From: Bacteroidales bacterium
GTDB taxonomy: Bacteria > Bacteroidota > Bacteroidia > Bacteroidales > FEN-979
Direction of reading: 5' to 3'
DNA: 64,000 bases
Assembly: GCA_023231005.1 (NCBI GenBank)
Contig: JALNWG010000018.1
Location: 2,549 to 66,548 of the forward strand
The notes beneath the pieces are model-generated. The model saw only the letters and a list, made by a program, of their open reading frames with translations. It did no database searches and was not told where the DNA came from. Both the position numbers and the translations under genes were made by a program. Shown here in pieces: positions 1 to 9,076 of this stretch (position 1 is its first letter; the number at the start of each line of letters is the position of its first letter).

Positions 1-1886
1 TTGTCAGAGATATTGATCGCCCAGGGCAAGTTGGTTGCAGTTTTATAATATCTATTGGATTCCGGGTGACTGTCGTCACTCCATGTTCCAAACTCCGAAC
101 CGTCAACTTTATCTGTCGGTGGATTATCAGGCAGATGTATCTCCCGGTTACGATTTCCGTTCACAATAATAAAAGGATTGTAAGGAGGAGTTCCGATTTG
201 GGCCAAAGATACCGGTTCTGTAAGATCGATGGTGATATGCATTGTATCGGGAGTAATATATGGAGCACCTTTTTCAGTATTACTTCCAATCCCTACGTTG
301 GGGGGAGGCAACCGGTCATAGGCATCATCATAAACAACGACTACCGCATTGGTTTGCTCTGTTTCCACGCCATTGGCACCCACGGTTATTAAACCATGAC
401 GCAAATCTGTTCCCGTAACACTTTGAACGAGGTTGTAAGCAATCGGTATCTGAAATGCAAAGGCATTGTGTAGCTGAGCCCCCATTGCTTCCGTGATCAA
501 GGTAGATTTAATTTGAACAGCTTTATTTTGAGCATTGGTTATCTGATTGAACCGATAACTAATCACCAAGTCGTTGAAATCATAATCTCCCTGACCCGGC
601 CAGAGATCTTCAAAGGCCAGACTGCTATACCCGGTTTTATTGGGATACCAATTATCATGTGCTTTTGTCGGATCCGTAGGATAATCATCCTGATTGTCAG
701 GAACCCCGTCGTTGTCGGTATCTATTTGTGTAGTAGGTACTGTTGGCATTCCATCGGTATTGATTCCCGAAACAGGATTTGATTTCACATACAGGATTCC
801 ATCGTTAAAATCCTGATCGGATCCATTATCACGTCGCCAATCTTCAAAGGCGAACAATACAGAATAACGGGTCGGGTCACGCAATAATACTGTATGCTTT
901 TTCAAGGTTGGATTTGGTTCGGGGTTCAATGCCGGAATAGAATAAATACGATACCTGCTATCGGTAACCTGTGACCCGTTCCATCCATCGGCAAAAACCA
1001 CCCAGCCAACAGATTTTCCAGCGGGGAACCGCCCAATATATACTTTATTCCCTGGATTCAATCCACCACCGCTTCCTGAATTTGACAAATTTGGAAACAC
1101 AATCTTTATGGAGTCAATGGCGCTAGCTGATGTGGGAGGAGAATCGGTGTTGAAAGTAAAAAATCCTACAGAATTTCTCCATTGGGCTCCTTCTGTGATA
1201 TATGTTACCCATACATCGCAAAGTTCCTGCATCGCCAAATTATTTGGAACCGTATTGGCAAGATATTGCGGATGATAATCAGGAACCGACATATATTCAG
1301 GCAGCGCAGCATTAATATCGTTAAGAAGCACAGCATCCACAGGATCGTTGACTGGTTCCAGATAATTTGGAACTCCTTTATTATTATAACTTCCAATATA
1401 ATATACGCCATTGAGCTTACTGCCATATAGCCCATCAGAATTCTTCAATACCACAGGATTTGAAGCCTTCCCTCCAAAAATGTATAAAATTTTATTGTCT
1501 TGTATAGAAATCCTTTTCTCACGGATCAATCCGACATATTTATTGGCCACCACCAGCGAAGTCATATATCCCGGCACGGGTTGAGTACATGACCACATCC
1601 CGGAGGCATCGGTATTACCACCAAACATCAAAATGCCACCCGAATCGGGGCTGGCAGTATAGGCCTGAAAACTGACATTGGGCAATGGATTATCCTGATT
1701 ATCGCGGGCAATGATTGTAACGGATACCTCACGCGTTGTTGCCCAATTAAAATTACGGGCAATCGCGAGCTGATTCATGCTCTTTCCCTCTACAGGAGTC
1801 TGATCTTCTGACCTTTTGTTACAGGATGAAAAAAAATTGAGGATCATTAAAGATCCGATAGACCATAAAAAAATTGATTTCTTCAT
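1..1886 (-). CDS. LruC-domain lipoprotein, N-terminal part only (ORF runs off the left edge of the window)
   Basis: Absent from the supplied ORF track because it has no stop in the window. I read the minus frame codon by codon from the ATG at 1886-1884 down to position 3 and found no stop (at least 628 codons). The N-terminus MKKSIFLWSIGSLMILNFFSSC is a signal peptide plus lipobox Cys. The internal segment LAFEDLWPGQGDYDFNDLVISYRF (about 545-620) matches the hallmark of LruC-domain proteins. Confidence 0.6.
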   Translation of the reverse strand, partial: MKKSIFLWSIGSLMILNFFSSCNKRSEDQTPVEGKSMNQLAIARNFNWATTREVSVTIIARDNQDNPLPNVSFQAYTASPDSGGILMFGGNTDASGMWSCTQPVPGYMTSLVVANKYVGLIREKRISIQDNKILYIFGGKASNPVVLKNSDGLYGSKLNGVYYIGSYNNKGVPNYLEPVNDPVDAVLLNDINAALPEYMSVPDYHPQYLANTVPNNLAMQELCDVWVTYITEGAQWRNSVGFFTFNTDSPPTSASAIDSIKIVFPNLSNSGSGGGLNPGNKVYIGRFPAGKSVGWVVFADGWNGSQVTDSRYRIYSIPALNPEPNPTLKKHTVLLRDPTRYSVLFAFEDWRRDNGSDQDFNDGILYVKSNPVSGINTDGMPTVPTTQIDTDNDGVPDNQDDYPTDPTKAHDNWYPNKTGYSSLAFEDLWPGQGDYDFNDLVISYRFNQITNAQNKAVQIKSTLITEAMGAQLHNAFAFQIPIAYNLVQSVTGTDLRHGLITVGANGVETEQTNAVVVVYDDAYDRLPPPNVGIGSNTEKGAPYITPDTMHITIDLTEPVSLAQIGTPPYNPFIIVNGNRNREIHLPDNPPTDKVDGSEFGTWSDDSHPESNRYYKTATNLPWAINISD

Positions 1887-2028
1887 ATACTGATATTTAT
1901 AACAAACAAAAGTATGATTTCACGAATATAAATTCAACCATAAATGAGTAACTGTATTCAAAATCTTCGTAACTGTGGCGAATATAGGGTTAAAACAAAG
2001 ATAATTGCGGTTCCTGTATATTATCCGA

Positions 2029-3324
2029 TCATTTTTGAACGGAATTCAGGAAGTTCACTGCTATCAACTGGTCATACAAGAAACCTGTTTGATGATAATA
2101 CACATATATTGTATAATCATTTTCGGTTTCAACATGATTTCCTTCAATAAAAGCGATGTCCCCGATTTTTTTGTTATTTTCCCTGAACACATAACAATAA
2201 TTGTAATAGCCCTGTTTCAGGAATAGATTGAGTTCATACCCTTTTCTATGAGAATTATAGTTAAGGTGACTGGTCTCATTGAATTGCCATTGAGTAAGCT
2301 CCCCCAGAAGATAAAACTGGCCATTGGTAAGTAAGGTGGGATAGGGAAGGAAGAAATGTACCCATGCATAATCGGCTTCAATATTGCTATCATCAGCATG
2401 TTCTTCATTCTTTATATAAAATCGTCCATTGATATCCTTTTCAAAGACATATTGTTTAAATGTACGTGGGAGATCATTCAGAAGAAATACCTGGTTGGTG
2501 GTATCATACGATATTTTCGCGATCCGTTCTGTTTGATATATCAAACTCTTAATATCAAAATTCCGGAACTGATTTCCCCCATCGAAGGTAATGGATTCGT
2601 CATACCGGTAATCCAATTCATCACTCCGCTGAAACCGGGGTCTTCCGGCATATAAAAGATTATCCCAGCGTCCATTTTGTTGAATAACAATTTTCAGTTC
2701 TCGCCCCACATCGTTGACGACAAATCCATTTAAATGAACAATGAAATCAATTTGTTGCCTGGTATCACGGTCTTCCATACGGGAGCTCTGAACCACATTT
2801 CCGGAAGTGATAACCGGGGAGGGCTCCACCACCATAAACCGCCAGGTGAAAGCGATTTGTGCAGTATCATCTTCATAAACGATAAACAGGTAGTTTCCGG
2901 AAATCTTGGGACGCATATTCTCAGTAGGAAATTGAGTACTGTAATGGGTATATTTTACCGTTGTATTATATGACATTTCGTAATGATCGATGTTTTCTTC
3001 TGAAAAGCCATCGATCACATCCATTTCCGTCAATTCTGAAGAGGTACGCCAGTCTGATTCACAATGCCGGATAGTGAATTTAAATCGTTTTATATCGGGA
3101 TCCAGACCATCGAATGAAAGCATCAAATGCTCTTCCGATTTAAGCTGAATAATAGGGGAAGAGAGTTCGAATCCCTCTTTGAACACCTGGACTGTTTTAA
3201 TAGATGGGTCATAGATGGTATTTGTATTGGGAAGTACAAAGGCATTAGCAGCAACGGGAAGAATCAGGCAAAAAAAGATGATGGATAACAGGAAACAAAG
3301 CGAAGGTGGATGTTTTTGCATCAT
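2029..3324 (-). CDS. T9SS plug-protein-like (DUF5103 family) secreted protein
   Basis: 431-aa ORF with a signal peptide (..LPVAANA). The stretch SIKTVQVFKEGFELSSPIIQLKSEEHLMLSFDGL..IRHCESDWRTS..YTHYSTQFP..ISGNYLFIVYE resembles, from memory, the first domain of the T9SS plug protein family (former DUF5103). No search was run. Confidence 0.6.
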   Translation of the reverse strand: MMQKHPPSLCFLLSIIFFCLILPVAANAFVLPNTNTIYDPSIKTVQVFKEGFELSSPIIQLKSEEHLMLSFDGLDPDIKRFKFTIRHCESDWRTSSELTEMDVIDGFSEENIDHYEMSYNTTVKYTHYSTQFPTENMRPKISGNYLFIVYEDDTAQIAFTWRFMVVEPSPVITSGNVVQSSRMEDRDTRQQIDFIVHLNGFVVNDVGRELKIVIQQNGRWDNLLYAGRPRFQRSDELDYRYDESITFDGGNQFRNFDIKSLIYQTERIAKISYDTTNQVFLLNDLPRTFKQYVFEKDINGRFYIKNEEHADDSNIEADYAWVHFFLPYPTLLTNGQFYLLGELTQWQFNETSHLNYNSHRKGYELNLFLKQGYYNYCYVFRENNKKIGDIAFIEGNHVETENDYTIYVYYHQTGFLYDQLIAVNFLNSVQK

Positions 3325-3337
3325 AAGTCGGATGATA

Positions 3338-4123
3338 TTAGAATTGGTTCCTTAAGAATTCGGAGCAGAGGATGGCAGTAGCGATGGAAGCGTTCAGTGA
3401 TTCAGCTTTTCCATGGTTTTTATCGCCAAAAGAAGGAATAAAAACCTTGCGGGTAACCCATGTTTCCAACTGAGGTGAAATTCCACGCGATTCGTTCCCG
3501 ATTAAGATGATCCCTGAAGAAGGTAATTCTGCGGTAAAAACGTTCTCCCCTTCCAGGTAAGCGCCAAAAACCGGGAATTGACCATTTAGCCGGGCAAATA
3601 CTTGATCCAGTTCCTCATACATCACTTCGACCCTGGCAATTGAACCCATGGTTGCTTGGACAACTTTGGGGTTGTAAAGATCTACCGTATTTTCTGAACA
3701 CCATATTCGCTTGATCCCAAACCAGTCGGCAATCCGGATGATGGTTCCAAAATTTCCCGGGTCGCGGATGTTGTCAAGGGCAAGGCTGAGACCGGATGAT
3801 GGTTGACAGAAAGCAGATATTGAAATCAGTGATCCGCTTTCTGGTTTTTTGACCACTGCCAATACCGGGCTTGGGGTGGAAAGGGCTGAAATTCGTTCCA
3901 TTTCCCTGGGCAGGGTTTCAATTGCCGGGATTTCCTTTTCCCGTATTATGGCCAAATGATCGATGATCCAGGAAGATGAAGCATAGATTGCCGCTACTTT
4001 AAATTCGCTCCGGATAAGATCCAGTACAAGCTTTTCACCTTCGGCCATGAATAGGCCAAGTTCTTCACGATATTTTCTGACCTGGAGGGCCGTGATTTGT
4101 TTGATCTGGCTTTGTGATAGCAT
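3338..4123 (-). CDS. TrmH/SpoU-family RNA 2'-O-methyltransferase
   Basis: 261 aa. SpoU-methylase motifs are present: LDNIRDPGNFGTIIRIADWFG, LIGNESRGIS and SLNASIATAILCSE. Confidence 0.8.
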   Translation of the reverse strand: MLSQSQIKQITALQVRKYREELGLFMAEGEKLVLDLIRSEFKVAAIYASSSWIIDHLAIIREKEIPAIETLPREMERISALSTPSPVLAVVKKPESGSLISISAFCQPSSGLSLALDNIRDPGNFGTIIRIADWFGIKRIWCSENTVDLYNPKVVQATMGSIARVEVMYEELDQVFARLNGQFPVFGAYLEGENVFTAELPSSGIILIGNESRGISPQLETWVTRKVFIPSFGDKNHGKAESLNASIATAILCSEFLRNQF

Positions 4124-4156
4124 AAAAAAAATCCCGGAATTGAATGATTCCGGGAT
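4124..4156 (-). terminator. Rho-independent terminator after rplI
   Basis: On the minus strand a 10-bp perfect stem ATCCCGGAAT/ATTCCGGGAT (4147-4156 / 4131-4140) with a 6-nt loop is followed by an 8-T run (4124-4131). The T run abuts the next gene's ATG. Confidence 0.6.
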
Positions 4157-4184
4157 AAAAGTACTTATTTTTTTTCAGGATTGA

Positions 4185-4634
4185 TTATTCGGCAAATACT
4201 TCGAGGTTGATTTCTACCTGAACATCCTTATGGAGATGAATTTTTGCCTTATACGTGCCCAGTTCTTTAATATGTTCCTGATCGACATGAATTTTTTTAC
4301 GGTCGATATCAAAATTAAACTGATCTTTCAGTGCCTGTGCGATTTGAATGGCATTCACAGATCCGAAAATTTTCCCGCTTTCGGCAGCTTTGGCACCAAT
4401 CTTTACGGTTATGTCTTTCAATCCCTTCGACAAATCTTCAGCCGCGTTGCGAATCTTGGCTTCTTTATGTGCTTTTTGTTTCAGTGTTTCAGCCAGCACT
4501 TTTTTATTAGATTCGGTAGCCAGGATGGCGATTCCCTGTGGAATCAAATAGTTACGGGCATAGCCTGGTTTCACATTAACCTTTTCATTTGTATAGCCCA
4601 GGTTGAGGACATCTTGTTTTAAAATAACTTCCAT
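4185..4634 (-). CDS. rplI: 50S ribosomal protein L9
   Basis: 149 aa. MEVILKQDVLNLGYTNEKVNVKPGYARNYLIPQGIA is the canonical L9 N-terminus. It follows rpsF-rpsR. Confidence 0.95.
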   Translation of the reverse strand: MEVILKQDVLNLGYTNEKVNVKPGYARNYLIPQGIAILATESNKKVLAETLKQKAHKEAKIRNAAEDLSKGLKDITVKIGAKAAESGKIFGSVNAIQIAQALKDQFNFDIDRKKIHVDQEHIKELGTYKAKIHLHKDVQVEINLEVFAE

Positions 4635-4647
4635 GGTTCCTGTCTCC

Positions 4648-4920
4648 TTATTTTAATAAATCTCCAACATAGGGCAGTAAGGCAATATGCCGGGCCCGTT
4701 TAACTGCCTGTGCAACTTTCCGCTGATATTTGGTAGAAGTACCGGTAATACGGCGGGGAAGTAATTTCCCTTGTTCATTAACGAACTTGATCAGGAAGTC
4801 AGCATCCTTGTAATCAATATATTTTATACCGCTTTTCTTGAAACGGCAATATTTCTTCTTTTTTGTATCGACTGCGATGGGAGTCAAATACTTTATTTCT
4901 CCTTGTTGTGGTGTTGCCAT
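4648..4920 (-). CDS. rpsR: 30S ribosomal protein S18
   Basis: 90 aa. [47 protein letters not shown] is the S18 signature. Confidence 0.95.
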   Translation of the reverse strand: MATPQQGEIKYLTPIAVDTKKKKYCRFKKSGIKYIDYKDADFLIKFVNEQGKLLPRRITGTSTKYQRKVAQAVKRARHIALLPYVGDLLK

Positions 4921-4941
4921 GATAAAACAATTTTTTGTGGG

Positions 4942-5298
4942 TTACTGTGCTTTTTCTTCTTTTACTGCTTTGGCTTTATTCCGTTTCTTTTCACTGTAGG
5001 CCAACATGTGTTTATCAAAGACTACAGTTAAAAAACGAAGGATCCGCTCATCGCGTTTAAAAGTTACTTCCCATTCACGAATTAAGGTGGGATCTGCCTT
5101 GAATTCAATCAAGTGGTAGAATCCGGTAGATTTTTTCTGAATGGGATAAGCGAGTTTTCGCAAGCCCCAATGATCCTCGTATACAATTTCAGCGTTTTTG
5201 CTGAGGAGGAACTTTTGATACTTTTCTACCGTTTCCTTCATCTGTTCATCAGACAAAACGGGAGTCATAATGAAAACGGTTTCATACTGTTTTAACAT
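4942..5298 (-). CDS. rpsF: 30S ribosomal protein S6
   Basis: 118 aa. It starts [19 protein letters not shown] and contains ..[12 protein letters not shown].. It is the first gene of the conserved rpsF-rpsR-rplI operon. Confidence 0.95.
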   Translation of the reverse strand: MLKQYETVFIMTPVLSDEQMKETVEKYQKFLLSKNAEIVYEDHWGLRKLAYPIQKKSTGFYHLIEFKADPTLIREWEVTFKRDERILRFLTVVFDKHMLAYSEKKRNKAKAVKEEKAQ

Positions 5299-5342
5299 CT
5301 CTTGTTGATTTAAATTAATTTTTCGTTTTTTAAAAAGGACTG

Positions 5343-5374
5343 CAAAAGTACTAAAGAAAAATCATTTTACCAAA
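5343..5374 (-). promoter_or_regulatory. Candidate Bacteroidota sigma-A promoter of rpsF operon
   Basis: On the minus strand: TTTG (5374-5371), 20 nt, then TActTTTG (5350-5343). It lies about 45 nt upstream of the rpsF ATG and fits the consensus TTTG-N19-21-TAnnTTTG. Confidence 0.45.
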
Positions 5375-5440
5375 TGCTAAACTTCTCTAAATTTGACTTT
5401 TGATAATTATCTGTATTCATCCTTTATGAAATTTTAAACC

Positions 5441-7273
5441 ATGCCAAGTCACTCCATAAAAATTTCCCTGATTTGTATTTCTACTTTTCTGCTGGCATTT
5501 TTTCTGAGTTACCGTTTGTTTGAAGGAGACGGAAAAAGCTGGAAACATATTGTAACCAGCGACGGCCGGGGATATTTCGCTTATTTACCCGCATTGTTGC
5601 TGGATCATGACCCAACTTTTGGGAAAGTAGTTGAACGGGAGAAGAAATTACTTGGTTTTTCACATTATCAACCCAGTTATTTAGTCAGGTTCAAGGATCA
5701 TGTTGTCAATAAATATTTTTGCGGAGAAGCCATCCTCCTCCTTCCCTTTTTTCTACTGGCTCTTCTTTTTTCATGGTTATTCGGAACTCCGGTCGATGGG
5801 TATTCCTTCTTCTTCCAATTTTTTACTGGTTTGGGGGCATTGTTTTATCTGGTTACAGGATTGCTGTTTTTAGCCAGAGTATTAAGAGGATTTCAGGTGA
5901 AACCCATCTTGATTGCGTTTCTTTTACCGGCTCTTCTATTGGGTTCGAATTTGTTTTACTATTCTTTGTGGCAGCCAACCATGTCGCATCTCTACTCATT
6001 TTTTGCCATCAATGGTTTCCTTTGGTTTACTTTTCGCTCAATCAAAAACTGGAATAAGTCCAATGCATCTCTTGCAGGATTGTTTCTGGGACTGGTCTTC
6101 CTGATCCGACCCACAAACCTCGTGGTTCTCTTCCTGGTCCCCTTTCTTGCCGGAAATTTTAACGCATTCAAATCCTTTATTCAAACCCTCTGGAAACAGA
6201 AAACAAACGCCCTTCTTTCTCTTTTCATTTTTCTTGGTATAGTTTCTATCCAATCCGGATTATGGCACCTCCAAACAGGGAGGTTTTTTATCTGGTCATA
6301 TCAGCACGAAGGGTTTATTTTTTCCCGTCCTGAGGTTATCGAAGTGTTGTTTGGCTTTCGTAAAGGATTATTCGTCTATTCCCCTTTTATATTACTAACC
6401 TGGATCGGATTGTTCTTTTTGCTTTTCAAAAACAGGTTCCGTTTTTTCAGCATGTTCCTTTTCATCGTGGCAAGTACCTACATTATTACCTGCTGGTGGA
6501 ATTGGTATTATGGCGACAGTTTCGGACTCCGTGCATTTATCGATTATTATGGAATTTACCTGCTTCTTTTTGCCTTGATGGTCGACCGGATTTCCACCAA
6601 ACCGATGCTTTATATCCTTGGTGTAATCCTCCTTCCTCTAATTTTTCTCAATATTTTTCAAACCTGGCAATATACCCACCGGATCATTCAACCAAACAGC
6701 ATGAATAAGGACAAATATAATTACGTGTTCCTGAGGTCAGATTCTGCTGTATACAATTGCCTTGGTGGAAACCAGGAGATGGCAGATTTTGGTGTTGATC
6801 TTCTTCACCCAAAAGTTGTTTTTTTTAATGACTTTGAGAAATCCGTTGAAAATTGGAGCCCGATTTCCATTCAACAAACACCCCGTGCCTATTCACCTGA
6901 AAAGGTGGGGTATCTCGATTCTGTGCATCCGTTCAGTCCTGGTCTGGCCATTTCAGTAAACAAATTGGGCATACTTCCATCAAAATTTTTTGTCAGGGGA
7001 GAATTTATGGTTTGGGATAGTATGCCGGGAGCCAGCAATTCGGCCCTGATCGTTTTGAGCATCGACAGTATCAATCCACACGAAAATTACTGGCAGGGTT
7101 TCCGTTTGAACGATATCCCGCGGAATGATGTAAAAAAATGGAGGAAGTGTTTGTTTTCACTCACCCTTCCGGAGATTGTAAATCCTAAGGGGATTCTTAA
7201 AATCTATATATGGAACACTGGGAAGAAACCTTTTCTGATTGACAATGTAAAGTTGCAATTATACCCGGTTTGA
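5441..7273 (+). CDS. Polytopic membrane protein, possibly GT-C fold (ArnT/PMT-like) glycosyltransferase
   Basis: 610 aa with about 12 hydrophobic segments in the first ~400 aa and a soluble C-terminal domain. The early loop DGRGYFAYLPALLLDHDPTF is reminiscent of GT39/GT83-type enzymes. The functional call is weak. Confidence 0.45.
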   Translation: MPSHSIKISLICISTFLLAFFLSYRLFEGDGKSWKHIVTSDGRGYFAYLPALLLDHDPTFGKVVEREKKLLGFSHYQPSYLVRFKDHVVNKYFCGEAILLLPFFLLALLFSWLFGTPVDGYSFFFQFFTGLGALFYLVTGLLFLARVLRGFQVKPILIAFLLPALLLGSNLFYYSLWQPTMSHLYSFFAINGFLWFTFRSIKNWNKSNASLAGLFLGLVFLIRPTNLVVLFLVPFLAGNFNAFKSFIQTLWKQKTNALLSLFIFLGIVSIQSGLWHLQTGRFFIWSYQHEGFIFSRPEVIEVLFGFRKGLFVYSPFILLTWIGLFFLLFKNRFRFFSMFLFIVASTYIITCWWNWYYGDSFGLRAFIDYYGIYLLLFALMVDRISTKPMLYILGVILLPLIFLNIFQTWQYTHRIIQPNSMNKDKYNYVFLRSDSAVYNCLGGNQEMADFGVDLLHPKVVFFNDFEKSVENWSPISIQQTPRAYSPEKVGYLDSVHPFSPGLAISVNKLGILPSKFFVRGEFMVWDSMPGASNSALIVLSIDSINPHENYWQGFRLNDIPRNDVKKWRKCLFSLTLPEIVNPKGILKIYIWNTGKKPFLIDNVKLQLYPV

Positions 7274-7280
7274 ATTTTTA

Positions 7281-7754
7281 TTATTTCTGTAAAAGAGCCA
7301 CTGCATACGCTGAAATCCCCTCTTCACGACCGATAAAACCGAGTTTTTCACTGGTCTTGGCTTTGATGGATAATTGATCTTCTGTAATCTTCATCACGTT
7401 TGAGAGGGAGCGGATCATGGAAGGGATATATCCACTGATTTTCGGATTCTGAAGAACGATGGTGGAATCAATATTCCCGATTGAGCATCCCTTTTCAGAG
7501 ATGAGTTCCATCGTTTTTCCAAGAAGAATTCTGCTATCTACTCCTTTCCAACGATTATCCGTATCCGGAAACTGATTTCCGATATCAGGCAATCCGGCAG
7601 CGCCGAGTAAAGCATCAATGATGGCATGAACGAGGACATCGGCATCGGAATGACCGATAGCTCCTTTTACGTGAGGAATTTGCAACCCTCCTAACCAAAA
7701 ATCCTGGTCAGTCTCCAATTTATGGGTATCAAAACCAAAACCTATGCGCATCAT
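7281..7754 (-). CDS. ispF: 2-C-methyl-D-erythritol 2,4-cyclodiphosphate synthase
   Basis: 157 aa with RIGFGFDTHKL and GHSDADVLVHAIIDALLGA motifs. It starts 1 nt after the porV stop. Confidence 0.95.
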   Translation of the reverse strand: MMRIGFGFDTHKLETDQDFWLGGLQIPHVKGAIGHSDADVLVHAIIDALLGAAGLPDIGNQFPDTDNRWKGVDSRILLGKTMELISEKGCSIGNIDSTIVLQNPKISGYIPSMIRSLSNVMKITEDQLSIKAKTSEKLGFIGREEGISAYAVALLQK

Positions 7755-7755
7755 C

Positions 7756-8979
7756 CTAATTATTTCCTTGCTCTGTAGGCTCTTTGGCTGTTTTTTTACT
7801 GTTGTCGAAATTAAAAAGCAAGGTAAACTGTAAAGTGTTTTGCAGTGGGTTATTATTTTTTATCGGGAGCAGATATGAAAAATCGAGACCGAACACGTTA
7901 TAACGGAGACCTGCGCCCAATGTAAAAAACTGGCGGTCGCCTTTATATTTTGATTCATAATAATAGCCGGCACGAATGGAAAATAGTTTATTGTACCAAT
8001 ATTCAGCTGCGACGGCTACATTAATTTCCTGTAACTCTTCTTTAAATCCATAGGGAGCATCATAAAATGACTGGATCATTCCTTTAACAACAGACACATC
8101 GGGGTCATATCCTTTATCGATGACTTTTTTCCCATCCGGGCCAATGATCGGGTTGTTATTGGAATCGGTTGCATAAACCGGGGGTGTTGGAACCAATAAT
8201 TTGCTCAGGTCAAGGGACAGTGTGACCCGGTTATAATCATCAATATCCATAGAAAAAGAGGGACCTAAGCGAAGGGTTGTGGGGATAAAATCACGCACGA
8301 CGGAGGTGCTGCTATAGGACATTTTAGCCCCAATGTTGGAAATATCAAGACCGAAATCGATGGATCCGCCCGTCATTCCTTTTATTTCCATCGGATGATG
8401 ATAATAAATGGCAATGTCGGCAGCAAACGAGGTGCCCGGACGAACATCATAACTTGTATAGTTCACGGGGACCAGGTTGGAATAAATAAAACGGCCTGCA
8501 ACTGCCCCGGAAAATTCGCGGGAAAATTTACGAGCATAAGTTGCATCAATACTCCATTCATTGGGTTTTACTTCTCCCAGCTCTTGTCCAGCATCGTTTG
8601 TGAACATGACGGCACCCATAGAAAAATACCGGAGCGATGCAGCTACTGCCTGTTTGTCGCCGATCTTTCCAAAACCTGTAACAGAAGCTAATCCGATATC
8701 ATTGACCAAACCCCGTAACCAGGGCACATAACCAACGCCAAAACCAAAAGATTTATCACTGAATGCATACTTTGCTGGGTTCCAAAACATGGAATATGCA
8801 TCCGGAGAGGTCGCTGCGCCAACATCTCCCATTCCACCGGAACGTGCATCAGGAGAAATGGTTAAAAAGGGAACTGCAGTAGAAATCACCCGGCTGCCAT
8901 CAGCAGGTTCTGTATCTTGCCCAAACATCCTGGCAACTGCCAGCGAACACATCAAAACTAAAATAATTCGGATCTTCAT
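7756..8979 (-). CDS. porV: T9SS outer-membrane beta-barrel protein PorV (LptO)
   Basis: 407 aa with a signal peptide. TAVPFLTISPDARSGGMGDVGAATSPDAYSMFWNPAKYAF is the typical PorV N-terminal signature. It lies immediately downstream of porU, as in other Bacteroidota. Confidence 0.85.
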   Translation of the reverse strand: MKIRIILVLMCSLAVARMFGQDTEPADGSRVISTAVPFLTISPDARSGGMGDVGAATSPDAYSMFWNPAKYAFSDKSFGFGVGYVPWLRGLVNDIGLASVTGFGKIGDKQAVAASLRYFSMGAVMFTNDAGQELGEVKPNEWSIDATYARKFSREFSGAVAGRFIYSNLVPVNYTSYDVRPGTSFAADIAIYYHHPMEIKGMTGGSIDFGLDISNIGAKMSYSSTSVVRDFIPTTLRLGPSFSMDIDDYNRVTLSLDLSKLLVPTPPVYATDSNNNPIIGPDGKKVIDKGYDPDVSVVKGMIQSFYDAPYGFKEELQEINVAVAAEYWYNKLFSIRAGYYYESKYKGDRQFFTLGAGLRYNVFGLDFSYLLPIKNNNPLQNTLQFTLLFNFDNSKKTAKEPTEQGNN

Positions 8980-9076
8980 CGGTTAAAAAAAATGTTAAAT
9001 GAGAAAAACTATTGATAAACGAATTAACTTAATATATATTGCCTTAGGATAATATTGCCATTAAAATCATTTCCTG

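Noticed and set aside
3338-3366. AGAATT/AAGAATT words at the 3' end of the TrmH-family gene, considered as another heptamer array. The loosely 7-phased AT-rich tract at about 58150-58240 was considered in the same way.
   Set aside because: There are only two non-contiguous words at the first site, and the second is highly degenerate. Neither can be distinguished from AT-rich background.
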